Shown here piece by piece: positions 1-9,638 of a DNA stretch of 64,000 nucleotides. How positions within the stretch are numbered: the first letter of the stretch is position 1; each line of letters opens with the position of its first letter. A model generated the notes under the pieces. That model was not told the origin of the DNA and ran no database searches. It was given only the letters and a program-made list of their open reading frames with translations. The DNA comes from Desulfatiglandales bacterium (GTDB taxonomy: Bacteria > Desulfobacterota > DSM-4660 > Desulfatiglandales > HGW-15): the NCBI GenBank assembly GCA_963667015.2, contig CAXXJJ010000004.1:1216001-1280000 (forward strand), in the 5' to 3' direction. A program made the translations under genes and the position numbers.

Positions 1-191
1 CGAATCGTTCATATTCTTATTTTGCCCTGGGTTCGGTTTTCCATGCAATGGCAATTCAAAAAAAAGATATGACTTTTGCAGAAAAGGCTGAAGAATCCTA
101 TAAAAAAGCCATAAAACTGGATCGGGAATGTGAAGAGTGCAAAAAAGAACTGGAAAAATTATATGAAAATATCAAAAAGCTTGGAGGCTGA
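1..191 (+). CDS. 3' end of a TPR-repeat protein (partial, runs off the window start)
   Basis: Frame from nt 3 reads NRSYSYFALGSVFHAMAIQKKDMTFAEKAEESYKKAIKLDRECEECKKELEKLYENIKKLGG*, a TPR-like pattern; stop TGA at 189-191. Confidence 0.6.
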   Translation, partial: NRSYSYFALGSVFHAMAIQKKDMTFAEKAEESYKKAIKLDRECEECKKELEKLYENIKKLGG

Positions 192-200
192 GAATAATAA

Positions 201-728
201 TCAAATAAAGGCAGCCTTAGTCTTATGAATAGAAACCTTTTTTGAGGGCACAGGATAGTCTTCAAGCGCGGATTTAAGCAATGCCAGATCTTCTTCATTA
301 TTCTGAACAAACCTTACACCCATGCCTCTTATGACAACTTGTTCTTCAGGTATATTAGCATTTGTCCATACAACTTCTGATTTCAATGATATGAAACCAT
401 TTGAAGGGGGCTCTATGATCAGGCGAAACTGTTTTCCGGGTTTAAGAGGTTTACTGCATTTTATAAAGGCGCCACAATAGTCAAGATTTTTAGTTTCAGT
501 CCTTATTTTCATTTCAGGCATTTCTATCAATACAGGCCATTTAATTTCAGCTCTATGATCTTTACGTTCTTCTGCTATATAATTTGCTAAATCAATTACT
601 TTAACTGATTGGCTATGGGGAAACATTCGTTTCCTGTAGTTTTGGATTAATATCAGGATAAAGGAGAATACTGAAAAGAGAAGTAAAAATCCAAAGCCTA
701 CACTCATCCCTGAATATAAACTTTCCAA
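201..728 (-). CDS. Membrane-anchored PilZ-domain protein (c-di-GMP receptor)
   Basis: N-terminal TM helix; RKDHR (RxxxR) and NLDYCG (D/NxSxxG-like) motifs; VVW and GMGVRF PilZ strands. Confidence 0.8.
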   Translation of the reverse strand: MESLYSGMSVGFGFLLLFSVFSFILILIQNYRKRMFPHSQSVKVIDLANYIAEERKDHRAEIKWPVLIEMPEMKIRTETKNLDYCGAFIKCSKPLKPGKQFRLIIEPPSNGFISLKSEVVWTNANIPEEQVVIRGMGVRFVQNNEEDLALLKSALEDYPVPSKKVSIHKTKAAFI

Positions 729-1024
729 TATTTTTTCCTCGAAAGCTTTTTAATTATGTCTGCCAAGTAAAAAATCCATAAAACAGAAACCCATTAACAC
801 AAACATCGGTAAGATTCCGTTATTACATTAGATAATTAAAATAAAATGATTCAGGAAGCCTGAGATAGACGATTCCATAGCTGCTTGTTTTACTGTTAAA
901 CCTTCGGACCTTTAAATAATATTTCCAATAATTTTGCCCATAAAAATGTGCATAAATCACATTAAATTGTGCATCACTTATTAACGCAGTGCCATATCTA
1001 CTTGATTTATCATACTTATTCAAA

Positions 1025-1040
1025 TGGCTCGTTATTTGCA
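1025..1040 (+). promoter_or_regulatory. Putative sigma54 (-24/-12) promoter of the first FimT-like gene
   Basis: TGGCTC-GTTAT-TTGCA about 90 nt upstream of ATG 1128. Confidence 0.55.
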
Positions 1041-1127
1041 TTATGGTATTACATCAATTTGCACTACAACAAATCCAATCACATATCAATTAATCTATAT
1101 ACAGGCTTTTATCTGAGGAATAATATT

Positions 1128-1685
1128 ATGATTCGAGAAAGGGCTAATGACTTTTTGACACACGATTCAGGATTTACACTTGCAGAACTGGTTATTACGG
1201 TATGTATTATAGTAATACTTGCCACAATCGGGGTTCCTGCTTTTTCATCATGGGTACCTGACTACAGATTAAGGAATAAAGCAAAGGAACTATATGCAGA
1301 TATGCATCTTGCCAAGATGAAGGCAGTAAAAGAATATGCCAAATACAGGGTTGTTTTTTCAGTAGATGCAGATACTTCATACAGATTAATAAAAAATGAT
1401 GACACCATCGAAAAGACAGTTCACCTCTCGTCTCCTGATTCGGGAGATAAAATATCATTTGGATGCGGAGCCGCCACAAAGAGTGCAACAAAGTCGGGAG
1501 GCACCCCACCCGGAGACGGGATAAGCTATAACGGGAATATCCTCACATTCAATCCCAGAGGAACCGGTTCACCGGGATATGTGTACCTTCAAAACAGCAA
1601 GGGCACATCCTATGCAATAGGAACCCTGTCTTCCGGAGTTATATTTATGAAAAAATGGGATAAGATAAGTAATTCATGGAAATAA
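1128..1685 (+). CDS. GspH/FimT-family minor pilin
   Basis: Prepilin cleavage site G|FTLAELVI, hydrophobic helix, TFNPRG and GYVYL FimT C-terminal motifs; start placed at ATG 1128. Confidence 0.85.
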   Translation: MIRERANDFLTHDSGFTLAELVITVCIIVILATIGVPAFSSWVPDYRLRNKAKELYADMHLAKMKAVKEYAKYRVVFSVDADTSYRLIKNDDTIEKTVHLSSPDSGDKISFGCGAATKSATKSGGTPPGDGISYNGNILTFNPRGTGSPGYVYLQNSKGTSYAIGTLSSGVIFMKKWDKISNSWK

Positions 1686-1836
1686 AAATGTAAATGAAAC
1701 CATCATAAAATTGTAAATAAAGATTACTTCTGTCAAAAAAAATAACACATTGATCAGTGTAAATGATACCTTGACACCACATCATAAACCCTATATTCTC
1801 TGTATTTTCAATTATATATCACCTTAAATACCAAAT

Positions 1837-1852
1837 TGGCACAAATATTGTA
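1837..1852 (+). promoter_or_regulatory. Putative sigma54 promoter of the second FimT-like gene
   Basis: TGGCAC-AAATA-TTGTA about 50 nt upstream of RBS GGAG and ATG 1904. Confidence 0.55.
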
Positions 1853-1903
1853 TTTTATATCCATTGCTTCTAGATATAGACTTCATAAAATCATGGAGAA
1901 AAC

Positions 1904-2443
1904 ATGAACAGAAATAAATACTCTACTCCTTGCAACAAAAAAGGATTTTCGCTGATTGAAACAATGATTGTTCTGGGGATTATTGTCATTATGGCAGCTA
2001 TTGGAATTCCCACATTTTCAAGAATGCTGCCTGATATGCGCCTTCGTAGTGCTGCCCAGGATCTGTATGCAAACCTGCAGGCGGCAAAATTGGATGCTGT
2101 ACAGAAAAATAACAACGCAACTGATGATACGGCCAGTAATGTAATATTTCATACAGGTAATGGCAAATTGGGGACCTACCAAACAGTAAATGGCACAATC
2201 GTTGATCTGGATGAAGTATACGATGGCAGCGTCACCTTCGGGGAACCGGGAGGCAATCCAAGTGTCACCTTTACAGATGTGTCACCGATAGCTGCACCCC
2301 GGGTTATTTTTAATGCAAGAGGAATGGCAAATACAGAAGGTACAGTCTTTCTTAAGAACACAAAAGACAACTATTACAGGGTGAGAGTTATGACTTCAGG
2401 AGTAATACAGATTGAAAAAAGGGTTGGCACCGCCTGGGAATAG
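1904..2443 (+). CDS. GspH/FimT-family minor pilin
   Basis: G|FSLIETMI prepilin motif; IFNARG...GTVFL...SGVIQI. Confidence 0.85.
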   Translation: MNRNKYSTPCNKKGFSLIETMIVLGIIVIMAAIGIPTFSRMLPDMRLRSAAQDLYANLQAAKLDAVQKNNNATDDTASNVIFHTGNGKLGTYQTVNGTIVDLDEVYDGSVTFGEPGGNPSVTFTDVSPIAAPRVIFNARGMANTEGTVFLKNTKDNYYRVRVMTSGVIQIEKRVGTAWE

Positions 2444-2464
2444 TCAGAACCGATTATTTATATT

Positions 2465-5287
2465 TCAATCTATCTCCCAGAGCATTTGTGAAATACCTCC
2501 CGGTGGTCCGGGGATAGTTATACTCTGCTCTTCAGCCAAACCGCTTATTTTATTTCCCACATTTATCAATCCTGCGGCTTCACCTTCCTTTGTAATTATT
2601 TGAACATTGGATGAAATTGGAGCATCGATGATCTGGTAAAATGTGTCGTCAGTATTTTTAGGATTAAAATCATCATCTTCTTCTGCAGCATCATTATTAT
2701 ATAGAGCTGATGTTCCAAAGGAATAATCAAGGGCATATACAAAAACATTCCCTGTGGGATTTGAGGGATCTCCCAGCACCGGCTGAAAGGATGTAAAATA
2801 AATTATACTGTTAAAAAGTGTGGGCTGAGATAGTATATGCTCTCCCCTGTGGTCAATTGAACTGCCGGTGCATTTCCCCTGTTCATCCAGAATTCGATAG
2901 AATCCTTTTACCCTCTTATTATAAAAAAGCGCTTTTAGATCCTCCCTAACAGAATCGTCATCTGATTCATCCTCTGCTTCCCCATCATTATCTGCATCAG
3001 CATCAATATCAAGTTCATTGCAGGTCAGATTTAAAAGGTTTGTTTCATCTACTAAGGAATCGGTATCCTCAACAGCATAAAAACGATTTGATATCATAGT
3101 ATAGCGCGAATGGGCACTGTCCCCGGTCCCAAAATAAAGGACAGGTCTGTTCGTCCATTCATTTCCAAAAAACGAGACATCAGGGGAATAAAAAGTCTTA
3201 CGGCCCTGATCGGCAGTGTTGTAACCGGGAGTATCAGGATCGGCATCTGAAAAAGACTCGATGAGCCCTTCTCCTGTTCCGGATGCAAGATCGGCTCCTG
3301 GATTTACAGTAAAAATTCGTTTTACAGTCCATCTGGTTGAAAGCTCACTTTCATATGAATGTACAGTATCAGCATAATAATCGTACTTTATCTTCCAGAT
3401 CTGACCATATATGTCAGCCGCGTACATCAACAGGTTACTATCTGAAAAAGGAATTATAGAAATATCTGCCGGAAAGCAGTATTTCATTTCATTTCTGGTT
3501 TGTTCTACCCCTGCTGTCTTTTCAGCACCCTCACCGAAGACCACCTTGAACAGCAGTGAACCACCATCCATATCAACGACAAATATCCCTCTGCCCATTT
3601 CATCGATAGTCGGATTGTATTTATCATACCCCTCTGTTCCGCCAGCAGTAGCAGCATGGGTTTCACCTGCATCCCATGCGCCATTGTTATTTATGTCAAG
3701 GAAAGCCTCAGGGAAACCATCCTCTCTAGGATAATCATATCCTCCGGGGAATATCATAACGTATTTATTTTCAGATTCGGAAATTTTCAGTTCTGTAAAA
3801 ACCGGTTTATTCCATGAATATCCGAGCTCGTTAATACGCTGAGTTACAGGGGTTGTAATGCCTTCGGAACCTCCGGCAATATGCCATCGGATAAACCAGG
3901 ACGCAGGATCAGGATTTGTTACATCCAGGGCCCAGTAACTTCGCCCTCCCCTTCTCTCGCCAAAAACAAGTGTCTTATTGAGGTATCCGCTAGTGTTATC
4001 GTTTGTGCCGGGGCGAAAAAGTCCTGGAGATCCGTCTACCATATGGGTATGCGGTGTTGAAGGAGCAGCCATTTCGTTTAATTCAGTCAATAGATCTGTT
4101 GGTATGAAGGCGAATATCTCCTCACCGGCAAAGTGCATTTTACCGTCAAAAAAAACATTTGTATCAGTGAATACATGGAGCATTCCGTCATTGGCTCCTA
4201 CTGCAATATATCTATATTGCAGTTCTCCGGTTGATGGCTCAAAATATTCAATAATCTTCGGTTCTGAATGGATAATATCACCTAACACCCAGCCCCTCTT
4301 TTCTACAGGCCGGCCATCAGAATCAGCATCATATGAATACCCGTATATGTAATTGATAATTTTGTCACGAGTTGCGTCATCTCCAACCCCAAGCTCATCC
4401 TTTGTGACATTATCACGATTAAAAGTTACGAAATATCCTGTCGGGTCACCAAGATAGGTCTTGATGTTTCTGAATGAATGATAGTCGTCTGCTGCTGTTA
4501 AATTATCAACCTCAATAAGAGAATCCAATAATATCTGCCCGGCACCGCCTTTACCTGTAAAACCTCCGTCACTTGAATCTGACCAGTAAGAAATACTGTC
4601 TTCTAAAATTGCTCCGTCGCAGTCAACTGCAATATCACCGTTTTTATCAACTATTGTCCATTCATGATCTTCCCTGCCGGGACATTCAGATCTTTCAAGA
4701 TATGCAAGCCCATATTTCTTTAAATTTCCCTGCCACTGATTGTTATCAAGCGGGCTGAAAAGGGTCATAAATATCGAACCACCATGCTGGGTGCCATTCT
4801 CACTATCTACAGAAACGACAGGGGCAGTATATGACAATCCCCTGTTTATCATCTCTTTATATGACTGGGAGAAAGGAACCTCGCTAATAAAGACCTGATC
4901 ATCTCCTGCGGTTTCAGGGATAACAGTAGCAGCATCGGCAAAAACTCCAGTAATTTCATGGTCACCATTAATAGATGAAAAAGTATAAAAACCATCGCTC
5001 AAAGGCCCAAGAGAAAATGAGTCAAGCACCACATCGGCAAGTTTTTTGGAGATATCAGGCTTAAATATGAATTCCGCGCTGCTGCTTTCACTGAAGGTAA
5101 ATATTTTAGTCGAAGGTCCGGCAACCTCGCTTGAATCAGGCGCAATTATTTTTCCACCGGGTCTTGCCGTAACAGTAATAGTATACTGGCTGCCTGATAC
5201 CGCCAGTACATTAAAAAACGGATGGCATATAACCAGGTTAAAAACTAAAAGGGATATGATGATTACCTTTATGTCTTTCACTGCCAT
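2465..5287 (-). CDS. pilY1: PilY1/PilC-family type IV pilus tip adhesin
   Basis: Signal peptide; WQGNLKKY, LGDIIHSEP, VGANDGMLH, GERRGG..YWALDVT, LGYSWNKP and YFGTG beta-propeller motifs; follows pilW/V/X. Confidence 0.85.
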   Translation of the reverse strand: MAVKDIKVIIISLLVFNLVICHPFFNVLAVSGSQYTITVTARPGGKIIAPDSSEVAGPSTKIFTFSESSSAEFIFKPDISKKLADVVLDSFSLGPLSDGFYTFSSINGDHEITGVFADAATVIPETAGDDQVFISEVPFSQSYKEMINRGLSYTAPVVSVDSENGTQHGGSIFMTLFSPLDNNQWQGNLKKYGLAYLERSECPGREDHEWTIVDKNGDIAVDCDGAILEDSISYWSDSSDGGFTGKGGAGQILLDSLIEVDNLTAADDYHSFRNIKTYLGDPTGYFVTFNRDNVTKDELGVGDDATRDKIINYIYGYSYDADSDGRPVEKRGWVLGDIIHSEPKIIEYFEPSTGELQYRYIAVGANDGMLHVFTDTNVFFDGKMHFAGEEIFAFIPTDLLTELNEMAAPSTPHTHMVDGSPGLFRPGTNDNTSGYLNKTLVFGERRGGRSYWALDVTNPDPASWFIRWHIAGGSEGITTPVTQRINELGYSWNKPVFTELKISESENKYVMIFPGGYDYPREDGFPEAFLDINNNGAWDAGETHAATAGGTEGYDKYNPTIDEMGRGIFVVDMDGGSLLFKVVFGEGAEKTAGVEQTRNEMKYCFPADISIIPFSDSNLLMYAADIYGQIWKIKYDYYADTVHSYESELSTRWTVKRIFTVNPGADLASGTGEGLIESFSDADPDTPGYNTADQGRKTFYSPDVSFFGNEWTNRPVLYFGTGDSAHSRYTMISNRFYAVEDTDSLVDETNLLNLTCNELDIDADADNDGEAEDESDDDSVREDLKALFYNKRVKGFYRILDEQGKCTGSSIDHRGEHILSQPTLFNSIIYFTSFQPVLGDPSNPTGNVFVYALDYSFGTSALYNNDAAEEDDDFNPKNTDDTFYQIIDAPISSNVQIITKEGEAAGLINVGNKISGLAEEQSITIPGPPGGISQMLWEID

Positions 5288-5318
5288 TTTTTCCTCCGGG
5301 GGTAGCAGGGCCTGTAAA

Positions 5319-5768
5319 TTACTCTGCCTTTGGCCCTATAATATAGTACCTGGCATTGATTGTGAGTCCAGTCTTGTTAACTTTAGTTTTGACGCCATAA
5401 TCAAATCTGTTGAAATGCAATATAGAATATCCTGATGGAGGAGAATAAGTTCCTCTATATGATATCTCATAATCATATGGATTCCCGTCTGTGATTTCAC
5501 TCGTTGAAGCATCAAGAATTACTTCCAGGTCTTCTAAATCTGTTACAGGGTAATCCCCCCTGCTGATCTTGATCGCTTCCTTGTTCTGTGCGCCTTCGGC
5601 AATATAGAAATCCTTTTTATAGGGAATTTGATTTCGAGCAATAATTACATCTGTATTTGATGTCCTGCTCGCTGATATCCCTATAAGTGTCAAAATAACC
5701 AGTACCATCAGTGCAACAACACTGACATTACCGCTTTCTTTTTTAATTTGAATTATTATTTTATACAT
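5319..5768 (-). CDS. pilX: PilX-family minor pilin
   Basis: ESG|NVSVVALMVLVILTLIG (no E5), FYIAEGA motif; lies between pilV and pilY1. Confidence 0.75.
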   Translation of the reverse strand: MYKIIIQIKKESGNVSVVALMVLVILTLIGISASRTSNTDVIIARNQIPYKKDFYIAEGAQNKEAIKISRGDYPVTDLEDLEVILDASTSEITDGNPYDYEISYRGTYSPPSGYSILHFNRFDYGVKTKVNKTGLTINARYYIIGPKAE

Positions 5769-5783
5769 ATGGCTTTCCTGTTC

Positions 5784-6239
5784 TTATTTTCTTTTTACAG
5801 ATGTCAGTGATACCCTATGACTGTTTTTATCCCATGTAACAATAACTTTAATGGTTTTATTATTTTCAACAGGGATATTATCTGCAATATTCCAGATTCT
5901 TCTAAAATGCCCGGAATTTGCTTTTCCTGATTCATTGATATTAAGTTCCTCCTTGTCAATCATTTCGGAATCTATTATGTCCAGATCATCATTATTTGTT
6001 TTCACCAGATCCTTCAGTTCAGGATTGTCATAATCCAGCCCCAGAAGCTCTTCCATCTTATCTTCAGCAAGTGTAAGGGCACTTGTTATATTATCACTTA
6101 AATTATTACCCTTTATGGCACTCACCTGCAGAGACGCTACACCGAGCAGACCAACAGCAAGAATGACAAGAGCAATCATCACCTCAATCATAGTGAATCC
6201 TTTTTTACCCGAACAAAGAGTATTGCATGCACCATCCAT
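5784..6239 (-). CDS. pilV: PilV-family minor pilin
   Basis: G|FTMIEVMIALVILAVGLLG; LAEDKMEEL; IKVIVTW. Confidence 0.8.
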   Translation of the reverse strand: MDGACNTLCSGKKGFTMIEVMIALVILAVGLLGVASLQVSAIKGNNLSDNITSALTLAEDKMEELLGLDYDNPELKDLVKTNNDDLDIIDSEMIDKEELNINESGKANSGHFRRIWNIADNIPVENNKTIKVIVTWDKNSHRVSLTSVKRK

Positions 6240-6272
6240 AGCTCCTCCTATACTTGCCAGCAGATAAGATTT

Positions 6273-7295
6273 TTAACGACCAATATTTCTTGTTTTTATT
6301 GTTGAAGACAGCAATCTCCTTAAATAGCCATCACCTGGTTTATAGCCTGTAACAGATCCTAATTCATAGTTACCTGCATCAGAATACTCTTTAATTTCAT
6401 TCTTTGATCTTGCAAGGATATAAACCTTCACAGCCCTTATCAGCGGAATACTGCTTACAGTATCCAGGTTTTTGACTATAGTGTCATCATTCAGTATGAA
6501 CTCAAACTGCAGATTTTCCACATCTTCAGCTATCATACTAAAGCTGTTATCAGTACCAATGTTTCTTCTGCCGAGACATGGGTGTTCAGGATCGGAATTA
6601 TCTATAATATACATGATAACATCCAATTTATAGATGCTGTCTCCTTCACCATAGGATTCAATCAGGCCTGACTTGAAGACAAAACCATTACTGGAATCCA
6701 CTTCAAAAACTTCAGCCCTGCTGAGATCCTTTTTTACTAAAAGTCCATATTTTGAATGACCTGCACCTGAATAGTAAAAAAGGTCATCATCACCGTCGCC
6801 GTCTAAATCCCTTGGATTCTTTGTGCGGCCATTTTTCTCCCATTCAGTCAGAAAAAGATCAGCATTTATAGAACTGCCAGCTGTTGCACTTTCTCCGGAT
6901 ACAAGCTCTCGGTGTTTATTGCCTGCTTTTACTACTACCAATACATCAGTACCATTTTTTACTCCTGATACATTGTTAACATCATCCACAAGATACAGGA
7001 GGGGCCGGATTGCGACATCTTCTGTTGCAGGATTATTATCCCAGTCAGAACTGTAATCGGAATCAACAAAATTTGTAAAATATCCTGCCATCTGAATATC
7101 AAGTGTTATCATATGAAGAGCTGACCTCAGGTTCTGTTGAACCATCGTGACCTGCCCCTGTACAGAATATGAATCATGCTGCGATTTAAATGTACTGAAT
7201 ATTATGGTAAGAACAATAATCCCAAGCCCAACTGCGACCAGCAACTCTATGAGCGTATATCCGTATTGTTTACTTTTTTTATGACCTTTCAACAT
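6273..7295 (-). CDS. pilW: PilW-family minor pilin
   Basis: G|YTLIELLV, QQNLR..L..I..DIQMAGY, IAEDVENLQF, IKTRN; start placed at ATG 7295. Confidence 0.8.
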   Translation of the reverse strand: MLKGHKKSKQYGYTLIELLVAVGLGIIVLTIIFSTFKSQHDSYSVQGQVTMVQQNLRSALHMITLDIQMAGYFTNFVDSDYSSDWDNNPATEDVAIRPLLYLVDDVNNVSGVKNGTDVLVVVKAGNKHRELVSGESATAGSSINADLFLTEWEKNGRTKNPRDLDGDGDDDLFYYSGAGHSKYGLLVKKDLSRAEVFEVDSSNGFVFKSGLIESYGEGDSIYKLDVIMYIIDNSDPEHPCLGRRNIGTDNSFSMIAEDVENLQFEFILNDDTIVKNLDTVSSIPLIRAVKVYILARSKNEIKEYSDAGNYELGSVTGYKPGDGYLRRLLSSTIKTRNIGR

Positions 7296-7381
7296 GATTG
7301 CCACTATTATTGATGATTTCTGTTCAAGCACATGCAGCTGTAAAAATACTGATAAAATTCCTGAAAGGCTAAAAAGCTAAT

Positions 7382-7460
7382 GAACTATTCCGCTGCAAGC
7401 AGCGGGGTATAAACTAGGGAATAAATCTGTTTAATCGTCACAAACGACGAGTTATTAGAC
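7382..7460. repeat. Short palindromic intergenic element (REP/MITE-like)
   Basis: Hairpin CCGCTGC-AA-GCAGCGG (7389-7404) plus a second degenerate palindrome ATCGTCACAAACGACGAG; only one copy seen in the window. Confidence 0.35.
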
Positions 7461-7803
7461 CTTGAGCTTCGCAATAAAATTAAAATAGTTTCAGAGCGTT
7501 TTCTGAAAAAAAGGAGAAGAAAAACTAGAAGTAACACCAGTCAAAAAAAGGGATAGCAGTACCCCTTTATCCCTTTGAGGTGTCGTATGATATCACTTTC
7601 TTAAAATTAAGTCAAAACCATATTCTCTGGATTCGGTTTCCAAATCTCAGGATAATAATCAAACCAGAATATTACTTTTTATAACGAATATTCTCATAAA
7701 AAACAATTGCATTAAAAGGGCTTAAAATAGTAAACTCGCCAAGATTGGAAATGTTGCAGGAGTCGATTTGAATTAACCTTTTTCATTTTAACCCATCATA
7801 AAA

Positions 7804-9627
7804 ATGGACAATAAAAAAACCAACAGTTTTAGTGATGATAATATTTGCCAGATTCTGCTTTCGGAAGGCTTATTAACAAAAGAACAAAACAAGCAGATAC
7901 TTGTCAAAAAAAATCAGATAAAATCAAAACTCGAACAGATAAGGGCTATGCGAAATGCATCGTCAGGATCAAAAGTAAAATCGGGTGCCCCAATCACAAT
8001 CATTGATATTATTGCTTCACTGGATTTTGAAAGGGCGGATGATAGCACCAAGGTGCTTGATGAAGAGACAATTTTTCAGACACTGGCAAAAATCTGGAAG
8101 ATTCCCTTTAAAAAAATAGATCCCTTAAAACTTGACCTTGATTTCATAACAAGCACCCTCCCTCACACATTTGCTTTCAAACACCTTGTTATTCCGATTG
8201 GTGTTAAATCCGGTTATATCATAATAGCAACCCCCAATCCATTTAACATCGAAGCAATGAATGACATTGCGCAGGTTACACACATGAAGGTGAAACCTGT
8301 AATAAGCACAAAAACAGATATCCTGAAACTGATCGGCGAGTTTTATGGATTTAAAAGATCAATTTCTGCTGCTGAAAATCAGTTTGGCGGCCCATCAATT
8401 GATCTTGGCAACCTGGAACAGTTCGTTCGGTTGAGATCATCAGAGGAACTGCTTTCCGACGATCAGCATATAGTAAACGCAGTTGACCATCTTTTCAGCT
8501 ATGCATTTGACCAGAGGGCAAGTGATATTCATATAGAGCCAAAGAGAAATAAAAGTATTGTGAGGATGAGAATCGACGGTGCACTTCATACAGTTTATGA
8601 GTTGCCCAAAAACGTTCATCCTGCGATAACAAGCCGAATAAAAACCATCGCCAGACTGGACATGGCCGAAAAAAGAAAGCCACAGGATGGCAGAATAAAG
8701 CTGGAGAAAGAAGGTATTGAATCGGAAATAAGGGTATCTTCCATCCCGGTAGCCTTTGGGGAAAAAATGGTAATGAGGGTACTCGATCCGGATATATTAC
8801 TTCAGGATCTTGAAACCCTTGGTTTCACGTCGATGGATTTGCTCAGATACCAGCAGTATATCAATCTGCCCCATGGAATAATTCTTGTGTGCGGGCCCAC
8901 AGGAAGTGGTAAATCAACAACACTCTATTCCACTATGAGATATCTCTCAACACCTGAAATTAATATCACTACAGTTGAAGATCCTATTGAAATGGTACAT
9001 GAAGATTTTAATCAGATTGCAGTTCAACCTGCAGTAGGGATTACCTTCGGTTCGATCCTGAGAAATATTTTACGCCAGGACCCTGACATTATTATGATTG
9101 GTGAGATGAGAGATTATGAAACCGCGGAAAATGCTATACAGGCAGCCCTTACAGGACACCTTGTTTTATCAACCCTTCATACAAATGATGCACCATCTTC
9201 TATCATGCGTTTAATTGATCTGGGAGTACCGGCCTTTTTAATAAAAGCAACTTTGGCCGGTATCCTTGCCCAGAGACTTGTTAAAAAAATATGTCCCCAT
9301 TGCAAGGAAACATTTGAAATGAGCACGGATGAACTTCACTCCCTGGGAATTGATATCGAACATAGCGGATCGGTTGAACTTTACAGAGGGAAAGGCTGCA
9401 ACCGTTGCAGAAACACGGGGTACCACGGAAGATGCGGCATTCATGAGGTACTGCCTGTAACAGAAACAGTACAGAGGTTAATTACTCCTGAATCCGATAT
9501 CGGCATGATAAGGGAAACAGCCAGAAAAGAAGGCATGGTAACACTAAGGGAAAATGCTATAAAGAAATTACTCGATGGAACAACCACATACGAAGAGGTC
9601 CTGAGAGTAACCTGGGAGCAGATATAA
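7804..9627 (+). CDS. GspE/PulE/PilB-family secretion ATPase
   Basis: ASDIHIEP, Walker A GPTGSGKS, VEDPIE, LRQDPD, TGHLVLSTLHTN, CPHC/CNRC zinc motif. Confidence 0.92.
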   Translation: MDNKKTNSFSDDNICQILLSEGLLTKEQNKQILVKKNQIKSKLEQIRAMRNASSGSKVKSGAPITIIDIIASLDFERADDSTKVLDEETIFQTLAKIWKIPFKKIDPLKLDLDFITSTLPHTFAFKHLVIPIGVKSGYIIIATPNPFNIEAMNDIAQVTHMKVKPVISTKTDILKLIGEFYGFKRSISAAENQFGGPSIDLGNLEQFVRLRSSEELLSDDQHIVNAVDHLFSYAFDQRASDIHIEPKRNKSIVRMRIDGALHTVYELPKNVHPAITSRIKTIARLDMAEKRKPQDGRIKLEKEGIESEIRVSSIPVAFGEKMVMRVLDPDILLQDLETLGFTSMDLLRYQQYINLPHGIILVCGPTGSGKSTTLYSTMRYLSTPEINITTVEDPIEMVHEDFNQIAVQPAVGITFGSILRNILRQDPDIIMIGEMRDYETAENAIQAALTGHLVLSTLHTNDAPSSIMRLIDLGVPAFLIKATLAGILAQRLVKKICPHCKETFEMSTDELHSLGIDIEHSGSVELYRGKGCNRCRNTGYHGRCGIHEVLPVTETVQRLITPESDIGMIRETARKEGMVTLRENAIKKLLDGTTTYEEVLRVTWEQI

Positions 9628-9638
9628 CAGGCTCAATT

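Noticed and set aside
969..1127. N-terminal extension of the first FimT ORF in the six-frame track
   Set aside because: It overlaps the predicted sigma54 promoter; ATG 1128 gives a normal-length prepilin leader
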